This document shows, one piece after another, positions 27,301 through 37,566 of a stretch of 64,000 nt of DNA. Each line of letters opens with the position of its first letter. The stretch's first letter is position 1. The stretch lies in assembly GCA_037379345.1 (NCBI GenBank), contig CM074514.1, positions 19,840,001 through 19,904,000 of the forward strand, written 5' to 3'. A program made the translations under genes and the position numbers. The notes beneath the pieces were generated by a model that saw only the letters and a program-made list of their open reading frames with translations, was not told where the DNA came from and did no database searches. This stretch comes from Perna viridis. Its lineage: Eukaryota.

Positions 27301-30300
27301 TGAATGTAAATGCACATTAACTTTAGGATAGATTTAAAATTGCGGAAAAAGGTGAAATGGAACAAAAATTTGTAAATGTGTATAAAGTTGGATCAGTAGT
27401 ATAGATTGACTTTCAGATTATACATATTCAAAAAGGACAGTTCTTAATAGTATTTTAAATGCAGTGTATTGTCACAATTTTATTTAGCATCATATAATCT
27501 TTGAAATTTTGTTCATGTTACAATTTTCACAAGAATCAAAAGCCATCAGTGGTATCAGTACTTTGATTCAACTCTTTTTTTTGGGGGGGTTGGGGGGGGG
27601 AGATGGTGAGCTGTAATTATTATTTATATGATTTAATTTGTATGTTATTGCTTTCTCTAGAATGATGTAGCATTCCTCGGATCATTATTGTACAGAGCTT
27701 TTGAACGAAGTGGAATGCCATCAGAGTAAGTTCAAGTGCTATTATAAAGCAACATTGAATGTTAGGTCTGGATTTTCTTTAGAATTTTGATAAAAGAATG
27801 ACAAGTGTCATTTGTCCCATGATTAAATCATTTATTTAGCTATTTAGGTTGTTTTTATAAACAGCAAAGCCTTAATGATGAACATTATTGCTTTGTAGCA
27901 GTATATTTTCTGGCAGTAGTTTTAGAAAGACTTACCTAACAAATTAGTAAAGGAAACTAGCAACAATATTAAGTAGCTGTCTGTAAGAATCATGCAAAAT
28001 CTGAAAAATGTGATACACACCAAAAAAGGCTACATATTTTTATTTTTGTAATTAAGTTGTTTTATGGGTCTATACTATGAAATGTGTAATTATTCATTCA
28101 AATCTGCCTGCTCTTAGGAGATAATCAATATTGAAAATCCAGTAGATTCTATTGTATTTGAGTGTCATTTACAGAGTTGTCTCCCTTAATTTTGAAATCT
28201 ACAGTGCATTCTATATAATTTTTATCTCCTAAGAGCATGGGTTATATGAAAAACCACATGTTTTTTCTGTTTACTATGACATTTAAAACAAAATATCAAA
28301 AATAAAAATATGTAGGCTTTTTACCCATGAATCACATTTTGCATGATCCTTAGCTGGAGTGCTACTTAAGTTTTATAGTATAGCAATATACAACAATGTA
28401 GTTTCTCCATGGAAAACAAAATTAAGTTAGTGTGTAGTCTGCTGAGATATCCCCATACTGTAGTAGATACAATATGGTTTCAAAATCATGACATCATCAA
28501 CACATTTTAAATAAGCATCTGCTATACTATAAAAGGGTTGTTGTTATTACCATAGGTAAACTCATAATTTTTGTATTGCATTATTATTTTCATTTTGCTA
28601 TTTTAGGAAAGATCTGACCTACTTATTACCTAGTGCTGTTAGGAAGATGTCTGATTACAATTCACAGAGATGGCTAAAACGCATCCATCATCACTCATCT
28701 GATGTCATGAGAAGAAATTCTTATGACTGCAAGGCAAAGTTCGTTGGTAAGTAATGGTTCTAAAATAATTGATTTTCTCTCATTCCAAAATTTTAAACAC
28801 CAGACATTTTTCATTTTTTCTACAGATTTCATGGGGGAGACTGATCATGCTTTAGCGTAATCTTGAATTTAATGATTTCATCTCTTTCTGGCAAAAAATT
28901 TAAATTTGAAAATGATTGCTTAAGCTTGCATATTGAAAATTTAATTTTTACTACCTTGAGTAGCAAGGCAACCATTAAAGGAGAATCTGTGTGTGAATAA
29001 ATGGAATGATATGCAGTTTCATAGAATCAAATTTTGACATAATAATGGTGGGTTGTATTGTTTGTGTTTTAGATATAATGTCAAGATGGCCTCTATTTGG
29101 ATCCACATTCTTTGTCATAAAGGTAAGATACTTTAATAATGTTTTAATATATTAAGGGTAATGACTAATTTGTTCAGAAATCAGTTTTTATGTTAAGTTT
29201 GATGTAACATTAAATAAAACATTAATTTCATGAGATTAAGGTGTCAAGTTCAATTAGTTATTACAGTTAACATAAAAAAATCATTATCGCAATGTGTCAT
29301 ATAACTAATGAGATGTATTGAAATCAATGGCATATTTTACGAAAAAAAAATTGTCACACTATTAAAAAATAGAGAAAAACAGATTTTATTTATGTGTACA
29401 TGCAACCTTTATTAATGCTATTTGAGAAGATTTAATTGATTCTGATCAGTATCACTAAAATATTGTGGTTTATATAGAAATGGACCCTGTTGCCTTTTAT
29501 AAGTACCCCTAACCTTTCCATTTCAGAACCCTCCTACAACACCTGCTATTAAAGGAGAATGTCTGTTAGCTGTCAACAAAAATGGAATCCAATTCCTGAA
29601 GCTCCAGTCACATGTAAGCCATTGCTGCTTAATTCGTTGTTTGACACATTTAATGAGAGAAGTATGTCATATACCAATGCTTAGCATGCCGAGCATGTGG
29701 TAAAGCAGGTCATGATGACAGGTGGTCATGGAGCTGCTGGTAATGTTTACATAAAAACCTTAATGTTACTCCTGTATTTGAAAATGGGATCTGCATTCTG
29801 GGATCTGCATTCTGCAAGTTAAACAATCAATATAAGTTCCTAAAACTTTCTTTATAAAATATGACCTCTTTAATGATGCATGTGAATCATTGTCTCTGTT
29901 ACACAGGGATATGAAAGAATGATTGACCCTAGGTATTGTTCACAATGTAGAAAACTTGTGCATGGCATGTTGGTTAAAGGTCTGCATTTGTGAATTGACA
30001 GTCCATTATAGTAACTAATGTAGTATACCTTACTGGAAACAATTTTATAGCCAAACTGCATTCTGTGTTGTTCTATTTCGAACATCATTTGCTTTTCTGT
30101 ATAAGCTGCCTATTTCAATGTATTCTTTCTTGCCAGCGTGCATGACGCAGAATGTATACAGTTTATATATGCAACCTTCGACACTTAAATGTATTTCTAA
30201 ATATTACCAGCATTTTAATTTGTATTTTAGGAATCAATCTTGCAGTATTCATTTAGTGAGGTTTTGTCAACTCGACAATACAGAAGCGAAAACAACCAGC

Positions 30301-30642
30301 ATTACTTAGACATGAAACTTGGCAATCTAATGGTACAGAAAATTGTTAGGATTGAAACCGATCAGGTTAGTGTAAAAGTATTTTAGATAATGCTCTAAAT
30401 AATGCCTATATACATATAAAGAGAGAGAATATCTGTTTCAAAAGTTTTTCTTGCTTAAAGGATGATTCATTCATCCATTGAGGCGCTGTTACAGTATAAT
30501 ACAAATCATTTTCTTTTTCTTTCAGGGATCTGATATATCCAATTTGATTGGACAATACATGCAGGTGATAGCACGCAACAGAAAGAGGCCTTTAACAGAT
30601 AGAAGTACATTGGACAGAACAAGTTTGCAGAGGTACCATTGA
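331..30642 (+). CDS. MYO15: Unconventional myosin XV (MYO15A/Drosophila Myo10A-like), tail-coding 3' part; the gene begins upstream of the window
   Basis: Hand-spliced GT-AG exons keep one frame to TGA at 30640-30642: 331-403, 1375-1581, 1883-2582, 6635-6764, 7353-7456, 10494-11273, 11518-11674, 12155-12381, 12846-12981, 13147-13268, 14008-14123, 14301-14391, 14957-15007, 15366-15480, 15657-15760, 19371-19477, 20588-20691, 21566-21618, 22860-22932, 23537-23613, 23851-23933, 24221-24446, 24960-25040, 25836-25926, 26135-26313, 26657-26725, 27661-27725, 28607-28746, 29073-29122, 29527-29613, 30231-30365, 30526-30642. Myosin XV-like motifs: VESWTTAE, GWTLQ..ELMGYEYVLDLLSEME, RLKGGG, SH3, MyTH4 (LRDEVYCQLCKQTT, GWRL), FERM (WPLFGSTFF, LAVNKNGIQFL, YLDMKLGNLMVQK). 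Confidence 0.92.
1375..1581 (+). CDS. MYO15: Myosin XV exon, region after the first MyTH4 domain
   Basis: ttctag acceptor, gtaagt donor; RGLKENSFGWTLQLQEDVDYYELMGYEYVLDLLSEMEIPPGFPVCRSY resembles the GW...AGHDYVLDLVSDLE segment I recall from MYO15A. Confidence 0.9.
1883..2582 (+). CDS. MYO15: Myosin XV large linker exon
   Basis: Matches ORF 1911..2597; ttgtag acceptor, CAG|gtatgt donor; ends WVEDVFNNALDEHVDSLSDARSVENRLKGGG. Confidence 0.9.
2893..3513 (+). mobile_element. HINE-like element with internal ~175-bp tandem units
   Basis: 5' taccc...ggggta; unit anchors at ~2978, ~3154 and ~3330 (ctcagaaac.....cacaggctct-like); duplicated aacttca.ttagg.gtcc at 3205 and 3372; ends ttcttgtt. Confidence 0.5.
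5108..5125 (+). CDS. Candidate internal start exon (MKDRTV) for a motor-less myosin XV isoform
   Basis: aaaacaATGAAGGACAGAACAGTG|gtaagt: A-rich start context, perfect donor, phase 0 matching the exon at 6635. In-frame TAA at 5087-5089 with no AG between it and the ATG. Confidence 0.5.
9563..9580 (+). CDS. Candidate 18-nt microexon (AASNPQ) of myosin XV
   Basis: ttgtttcacag|GCTGCTAGCAATCCACAG|gtagat; phase 0-0 fits between exons 7353-7456 and 10494-11273; ACTAAT at 9609 and TGCATG at 9626 downstream. Confidence 0.65.
10494..11273 (+). CDS. MYO15: Myosin XV Gln/Ala-Gln and poly-Pro-rich exon
   Basis: Within ORF 10458..11300; tttcag acceptor, AAG|gtatat donor; (AQ)n, polyQ, two poly-P runs and RARTVRIGRVVWPPP. 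Confidence 0.9.
15366..15760 (+). CDS. MYO15: Myosin XV SH3 domain (exons 15366-15480 and 15657-15760)
   Basis: VHKYVVASKDYITRESTLLSFRKGDVIKILDAEMPLER-GWLYGSLNGVLGYFPEEYCKP fits the SH3 pattern (DY, LSF.KGD.I, GW, G.FP..Y). Confidence 0.93.
16853..16879 (+). CDS. Candidate 27-nt microexon (GVENGTTEE) of myosin XV
   Basis: tttgaaaacag|GGAGTTGAAAATGGAACCACTGAGGAG|gtacca; purine-rich, phase 0-0, in the SH3-MyTH4 linker intron. Confidence 0.45.
17215..17850 (+). mobile_element. Dispersed non-autonomous repeat hosting the 31-bp array
   Basis: The array flanks align with 25300-25465 (single unit) and partly with 61845-61918 (…tttaacctacc…tgcctgtaccaagt…ccattgcagt). Confidence 0.75.
17274..17769 (+). 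repeat. 31-bp tandem repeat, about 16 copies (CTGTACCAAGTCAGGACCATTGCTGTGKTTT)
   Basis: Directly visible periodicity; produces the spurious repetitive ORFs in 17266-17903. Confidence 0.97.
18279..18329 (+). CDS. Probable 51-nt myosin XV exon (AHMTEHVVQRIIRSPSR)
   Basis: ttttattgtag acceptor, AGG|gtaggt donor, phase 0-0, open frame. Confidence 0.65.
18529..18797 (+). repeat. 29-bp tandem repeat with alternating A/B units (58-bp dimer), about 9 monomers
   Basis: gtgactggtcaagtgttattgaatggtta alternates with gtgactggtcatttgttaatagatcgttt. Confidence 0.95.
22860..24446 (+). CDS. MYO15: Myosin XV second MyTH4 domain (4 exons)
   Basis: SPIQTSLLKL..LALECFLSLMMFMDDYP..ELRDEVYCQLCKQTTSN..SCIMGWRLFSIVACYC..LRKTFKFGGRKNVPLREEI. 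Confidence 0.93.
24960..30642 (+). CDS. MYO15: Myosin XV C-terminal FERM domain (10 exons) and stop codon
   Basis: RLRPTEYILDV, FQRTVWFFP, CLPDYMD, SRWPLFGSTFFVIK, LLAVNKNGIQFL, YSFSEVLSTR, IETDQGSDISNLIGQYM...RYH*. Confidence 0.92.
25300..25465 (+). mobile_element. Second copy of the same dispersed repeat with a single 31-bp unit
   Basis: ttcattttgaaatgcttgtaccatgtcagggccattgcagtgtttccaactttccagtttttaccctgata...ttccttttgactactgcctagattt matches 17258-17302 joined to 17770-17845. Confidence 0.75.
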
Positions 30643-31715
30643 CAATGTTGAACATTTACTTCTAAAATGTATTTTCTACGAATCAGAGATCAAGTAACCA
30701 AAAGGCATGCATTTCAAGGACACAAATCAATATAGTTTTGGATGAGAGAACTATATGAATACAAAAGTGCTACAAAATATGTTAAAGGACAATTAAATTC
30801 TGAATAACAATTTGTTTATATGCAAATGTACATGTATTGGTAGTTGCATTTTAAACTATATCCATGTAATGTGTATTATAAGCAATAAATGACCTGTAAT
30901 AATGCATGTACATAAGAGCTGTGATATTGAAATTATTCTATAGATTACATTATTTTCATACTTCATTTGTGATCTTGACATTTTCATTTCATGTAGGCTA
31001 AAGTTACAGGCTTATGTGTGACAAGTTTTGATTAGTAGAATTGTTAGAAAGATGTTGTTCATATTTTGACTTTTTTATCAGAATTAGTGAAGCGAATAGG
31101 TAACATGTCTAAATTTCTGGCTCAACAGAGATGACTTCTGTTTTCATTTTAATATCTGATAGGGAAGGAGTTGAATTCAGTCAGCTGTTTATTAATTTTA
31201 CTATACTATAAAAAGTAGGTTTCACTATTGGTAGACCCTTTTCTTAAAGTCAGGAATTTCCACAAGGATGTAGTAAATATTGTAATAAAGATGTATACAT
31301 GTGCTTTCTATCATATGAAGATCTGATGTAATGTGTGTTGTAAAGGGAGATAATTTGTGGTCAAAATTATCTCCCATGGTAATAACACGATTTATTTCAT
31401 TGGCAACTTCAATATGTTTCGTTGTTTTGTTTTAATACATGTTTTGTAAAGTGCTGATTATATTGTAATTATATAAGATTTATACTTGTGTCAGATTTAT
31501 ATTTCTTTGTACGTGTGTTGTTGAAATTATTTTGATATTCAAGATTTTATGTATACAGTGATACTTATCATGTCATTTATGATTAGATCTTACTGAAACA
31601 TTCCAAAATATACTTTGATACCAAAATTTATTACTTTAAATAAGCAATATATTGTTTTTGTTATGATTTGCTTTAAGGTTTAAGACCTGATTTATTTCCA
31701 CGATAAACCAATGTC

Positions 31716-31721
31716 AATAAA
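31716..31721 (+). terminator. Candidate polyadenylation signal of myosin XV (another AATAAA lies at 30884-30889)
   Basis: AATAAA about 1.1 kb after the stop, followed by T-rich sequence. Confidence 0.4.
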
Positions 31722-33169
31722 AGTTTTGTTTCAATGACATTTAGATGCACGACCTGTAATTTCTTAGCTTTTTTCTGAATGAAGAGGTTTCAAATGTAAT
31801 TAAAAGATCTATAGAAATGTTAATTTTACCTTTCCATATTTGCTTTGAATCTGTAATTCACTACTTTGTGCCAAAGTTATATTTACAAGGTTCTTGAGAT
31901 TTTTTTTCAGTGAATGCAGGATTTAACTTACCAACTTTACCTCATGTTTCTGTCTGCAGTGCTACATTACTATTTAAATCCATTTAACATACATGGATAA
32001 TTGTTTTAGATGTGGGATTAATTTAAATCCCTACTTAAGCATTTCTAGGTTATGGGCAAATATATTATTTTTGATAGTATTTTGTAAAAAAATACTAATC
32101 AATTTTAAAGTGGAATACCACCAAAAAAACTGTCATTCTTATTTATTATGAAAGAAAAAGGAAAAATGAAAAAAAATCTTTGTATGCTAAATGTAATTGA
32201 TACCTTTTTATTAAAGTGATGTACAGACCTAAGTGCAAGTTGTGATGTGATGTTATAACATGGAAGTTACATTCCAAATGTTTACATGAATGAAATAATC
32301 AAACTGCTGAAATGTTATTGGTATAAATTGTTATGTTTGCTTTGTTATTTGATTGTGTTAATTATATAATGTATCCTCGTATTTTGTGGCAGATACAAAA
32401 CATTCCAGTATGTTCCTTAGTTGACCCCAGGCTAAGCTTGTCAGTAACTGTACCATCTGTAGAGGATTCACATTGGCTGTGCAAGGATGAATGATTTTTT
32501 AGTTATTACAAAATTACTATTGTTTTATGGATGGATCCTGAGACATTAACTTGGACTATCACAAAATTTTGACATTTTAGGGATTTTTTTTTAAATTAGC
32601 AGTAACAGAAATAATTTGGTTTTCAAATATAAATTGGGATATATACGATAGCCGTATTATTCAACTAATTTAAAATGTTCAACTTAAAAATCATGAACAG
32701 GGCCTGATATAGACATATACTCTTTGTGGGTTTAAGTTGAATACTGGTCAGTCAGATTTTGAGAGAAATGGAGATTGGAAACCTGGATTATATAAATTAC
32801 TAAATACAGGTTTTTGTAATAGAATTGAGCATTCAAATACCAATCATGGCCACAAGATATTAGGAATACATACTTCCTGTGTTACGGAAGTAGAATTATG
32901 GTTTGTGCAATTGTTACATGATATATCATTCATATATTACAAAATATATACATAATACTTCAAAAACATTATATTTTTTTATATTTCAAACAATTAATAA
33001 ATAATATGAAACATGAGGTTTTTTTGTTAATTGTTGATGTTATTCATTTACATACCTTATTATTGGTAGTTGATCCTAACCAACAAAAATCAGCTTTAAT
33101 TGATAAACAGTGGTGCGGTTTTTTTTCTTACTTTTGTCCATGGTATAAAGTAGTGGAGTCAAAAGATAT

Positions 33170-35580
33170 CTAAAATCACTAGCAAGACAAGTACCCATTG
33201 CTAAATCACTAGCATGACAAATACCAACTGCTACACCACTAGCAAGACAAATACCCACTGCTAAATCACTAGCATGACAAATACCAACTGCTACACCACT
33301 AGCAAGACAAATACCCACTGCTAAATCACTAGCATGACAAATACAAATTGCTAAATCACTAGTATAACAAATACCTACAACTAAATCACTAGCAAGACTA
33401 AAACCCATTGCTAAAATCACTAGCAAGATAAATACCAACGGCTAAATCACTAGCATGACAAATATCCACAGCCAAATCAACAGCAAGGCAAACACCCACC
33501 ATCCAGTCACTAGCTTGACAAAAACCTGCTACCAAATCACTAACATGACAAACACCCACCATCCAATCACTAGCTTGACAAAAACCTGCTACCAAATCAC
33601 TAACATGACAAACACCCACCATCCAACCACTAGCTTGACAAAAACCTGCTACCAAATCACTAACATGACAAACACCCACCATCCAGTCACTAGCTTGACA
33701 AAAACCTGCTACCAAATCACTAACATGACAAACACCCACCACCCAATCACTAGCTTGACAAAAACCTGCTACCAAATCACTAACATGACAAACACCCACC
33801 ACCCAATCACTAGCTTGACAAAAACCTGCTACCAAATCACTAACATGACAAACACCCACCATCCAGTCACTAGCTTGACAAAAACCTGCTACCAAATCAC
33901 TAACATGACAAACACCCACCACCCAATCACTAGCTTGACAAAAACCTGCTACCAAATCACTAACATGACAAACACCCACCATCCAACCACTAGCTTGACA
34001 AAAACCTGCTACCAAATCACTAACATGACAAACACCCACCACCCAATCACTAGCTTGACAAAAACCTGCTACCAAATCACTAACATGACAAACACCCACC
34101 ATCCAGTCACTAGCTTGACAAAAACCTGCTACCAAATCACTAACATGACAAACACCCACCACCCAATCACTAGCTTGACAAAAACCTGCTACCAAATCAC
34201 TAACATGACAAACACCCACCATCCAACCACTAGCTTGACAAAAACCTGCTACCAAATCACTAACATGACAAACACCCACCATCCAACCACTAGCTTGACA
34301 AAAACCTGCTACCAAATCACTAACATGACAAACACCCACCATCCAACCACTAGCTTGACAAAAACCTGCTACCAAATCACTAACATGACAAACACCCACC
34401 ACCCAATCACTAGCTTGACAAAAACCTGCTACCAAATCACTAACATGACAAACACCCACCATCCAACCACTAGCTTGACAAAAACCTGCTACCAAATCAT
34501 TAACATGACAAACACCCACCATCCAACCACTAGCTTGACAAAAACCTGCTACCAAATCACTAACATGACAAACACCCACCACCCAATCACTAGCTTGACA
34601 AAAACCTGCTACCAAATCACTAACATGACAAACACCCACCATCCAGTCACTAGCTTGACAAAAACCTGCTACCAAATCACTAACATGACAAACACCCACC
34701 ACCCAATCACTAGCTTGACAAAAACCTGCTACCAAATCACTAACATGACAAACACCCACCATCCAACCACTAGCTTGACAAAAACCTGCTACCAAATCAC
34801 TAACATGACAAACACCCACCATCCAACCACTAGCTTGACAAAAACCTGCTACCAAATCACTAACATGACAAACACCCACCACCCAATCACTAGCTTGACA
34901 AAAACCTGCTACCAAATCACTAACATGACAAACACCCACCATCCAGTCACTAGCTTGACAAAAACCTGCTACCAAATCACTAACATGACAAACACCCACC
35001 ACCCAATCACTAGCTTGACAAAAACCTGCTACCAAATCACTAACATGACAAACACCCACCATCCAACCACTAGCTTGACAAAAACCTGCTACCAAATCAC
35101 TAACATGACAAACACCCACCATCCAGTCACTAGCTTGACAAAAACCTGCTACCAAATCACTAACATGACAAACACCCACCATCCAGTCACTAGCTTGACA
35201 AAAACCTGCTACCAAATCACTAACATGACAAACACCCACCATCCAGTCACTAGCTTGACAAAAACCTGCTACCAAATCACTAACATGACAAACACCCACC
35301 ATCCAACCACTAGCTTGACAAAAACCTGCTACCAAATCACTAACATGACAAACACCCACCACCCAATCACTAGCTTGACAAAAACCTGCTACCAAATCAC
35401 TAACATGACAAACACCCACCATCCAACCACTAGCTTGACAAAAACCTGCTACCAAATCACTAACATGACAAACACCCACCACCCAACCACTAGCTTGACA
35501 AAAACCTGCTACCAAATCACTAACATGACAAACACTCACCACCCAATCACTAACAAGACAAATACCCACTGCTTAATCAC
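33170..35580 (+). repeat. 60-bp minisatellite (about 35 units, dimer of diverged 30-mers) with degenerate 30-bp flank
   Basis: Lines 33481-35521 are near-identical: taacatgacaaacacccacca(t/c)cca(g/a)(t/c)cactagcttgacaaaaacctgctaccaaatcac. Region 33170-33480 has looser 30-bp units (cactagca(a/t)gacaaatacc(c/a)actgcta(a/c)a(t/c)). Confidence 0.98.
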
Positions 35581-36291
35581 CATGTCACATCAGTTTCTAT
35601 GCACCTTATTAAATCAAGCACGTTTATATTGAACAAAATATTTAGTGACCAAATTTGTAGATGTTTCCCTGTACCATGTAACCAGTCCATTTATTAATAC
35701 AATCATTTATATTGGTTACTTTTAGTAAAACTACACAAATATCTGCAATAATGTGTCTTTTTAAAGGTTTTCTCTGTACAACAAAGACATTTTGCAAAGA
35801 ATATTTTGATCAGACACAAGTTATCTCCCCTATCCATAGTACATTCTTGGTCAATTATATCGCTGAAGTTTAAGTACTAAGAACACAAAATGTCAAATTT
35901 CTGAAAGAAGTGCTAAAAATGAATACAAAAACACAATACTTAGTCCAAAAGAAAACTAGTGTTTTAAAGAAGGTTTATTCTGGCTCCATAATTATTCATA
36001 CTGTTTATGTATTCACTCTATCCCATAAAGTACAATTTTTCATGTCACTGGTCACAAGTTCCAAATCTGCAGATCTTAAAATCATTTAGTATAATTCACT
36101 ACTAGTAAATCTATAAATAATGTCTCCAATGAAGATGTACCAAGTCATGCACACATCTTTTGAAATTTGTGAAAAATAATGGTAGTGTAACTCAGCTCAA
36201 TCTCTCAGTTCGATATAAGGATGGAAGGATCTATGAAACCACTAAGTATGGCAGGTACAAAATAAAAATAAAACCAAGAGCTTAAAAATAT

Positions 36292-36297
36292 TTTATT
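36292..36297 (-). terminator. Candidate ALG1 polyadenylation signal
   Basis: TTTATT on + (AATAAA on -) about 1.3 kb past the stop; alternatives near 35975 and 35690. Confidence 0.3.
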
Positions 36298-37566
36298 GAC
36301 CAACCTAAACAAATTCAAGTCATTTAATTCGTAGATCTATATTATAGGCTGTTTTTCACAGTGATTGGATTTCTAAAAAAACTCATATTAGACATTTTAG
36401 GAGAACAATGATGAACAATTCATAAATGAAAGTATCATTTTAACAACAACAAAATTACCACACATACCATGATTATTTGTACATTGATACCAATATTCAT
36501 CAATACAAAAATTTTAAATGAAAAAGTACATTAAGTGCCCCATTCACCGACAAATATAAACATAAGAACTTGTTATACATTAGTCTAAATTCAGTATTGT
36601 TATAACCAGATTAATTCACATTACTGTAGAAAATTTTTAACGCCTAACACATATATTAGTAAAACAAGTAGTACAGGAGCAGTCTCTGTGACTTAGTCTT
36701 AATGCCAGCATAGAACAATAAAACTCACATCAAAATATTCATAATATTGTATAAAAAAACTTGAGCAGTCAAAATATCATACCATGTTTACATTAAAAAA
36801 TCACCATCTAACACATCTACTGTACAGATATTGAAGTACCAGTCCATATAAAATTCAGACACTGCCAATGGTAGAGGCAATTCAAGGTGTAGAAAAAAAC
36901 ACAGAACAAACAATGCTATATTTTCAAATAACAATAGTTCTTTCTGTACTCAGATCTGTATTATTGAGATAACCATACATTCACCTCCCATTAAAATCAA
37001 CCAAATCAAACAAAATCAAGAACAATAACTCTTGCAAAGTGCCAAATCATACACAATCTATATAATTTTTATCTCTAAGTGCAAGAACCAAACAATGAAC
37101 TAAGGCTGTTTATGTGGTCTATATCTGTTTCTGCATTAGAAATAAAAGTGCACTTGTTGGGTTTTTGAAATACATGAATCAACTCATGTCTGATTTTTAT
37201 AAAGACTGCTACTTTGGAAGACAACAGCAATCAAACAACCTCTAAATAGTAAAAAATTAGTATCAATAACCACCACACATCATAAATTCTACAGTGTATA
37301 AAGTAGAAATATGAAAGACTTATAGTTGCACCTGTAATGCACATGATTAGATAACAGAATAAGCTCAAGCTTAAGTCAGTACAGCCAACACCATCATAAA
37401 CTTTGCAGAAAACCGCACCCAGCAATCTGTTCGTATTCAGCAGACAAGTTTGAAGGTGGCATTGTTATAATTAACTGGATAATGTTTTCTTCAAGATACG
37501 TGTAATCCTATTCAGTTACTTGTTGTGCTGATTATTAGTTTGCCTTAAGTATCATTTACACCTACG

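Noticed and set aside
29786-29815. 14-bp direct duplication tgggatctgcattc x2 (also a degenerate 21-bp repeat at 25134-25200)
   Set aside because: Ordinary slippage duplications with no functional indication.
33481-35580. CRISPR-like array
   Set aside because: There are no unique spacers (only about three recurring 7-nt variants), the context is eukaryotic, and no cas genes are present.
33398-35632. 723-aa and 725-aa ORFs as protein-coding genes
   Set aside because: They arise from a stop-free 60-bp unit (a multiple of 3) with almost no synonymous divergence, no signal peptide and a non-ATG start for the minus ORF. Kept only as a repeat and a testable finding.
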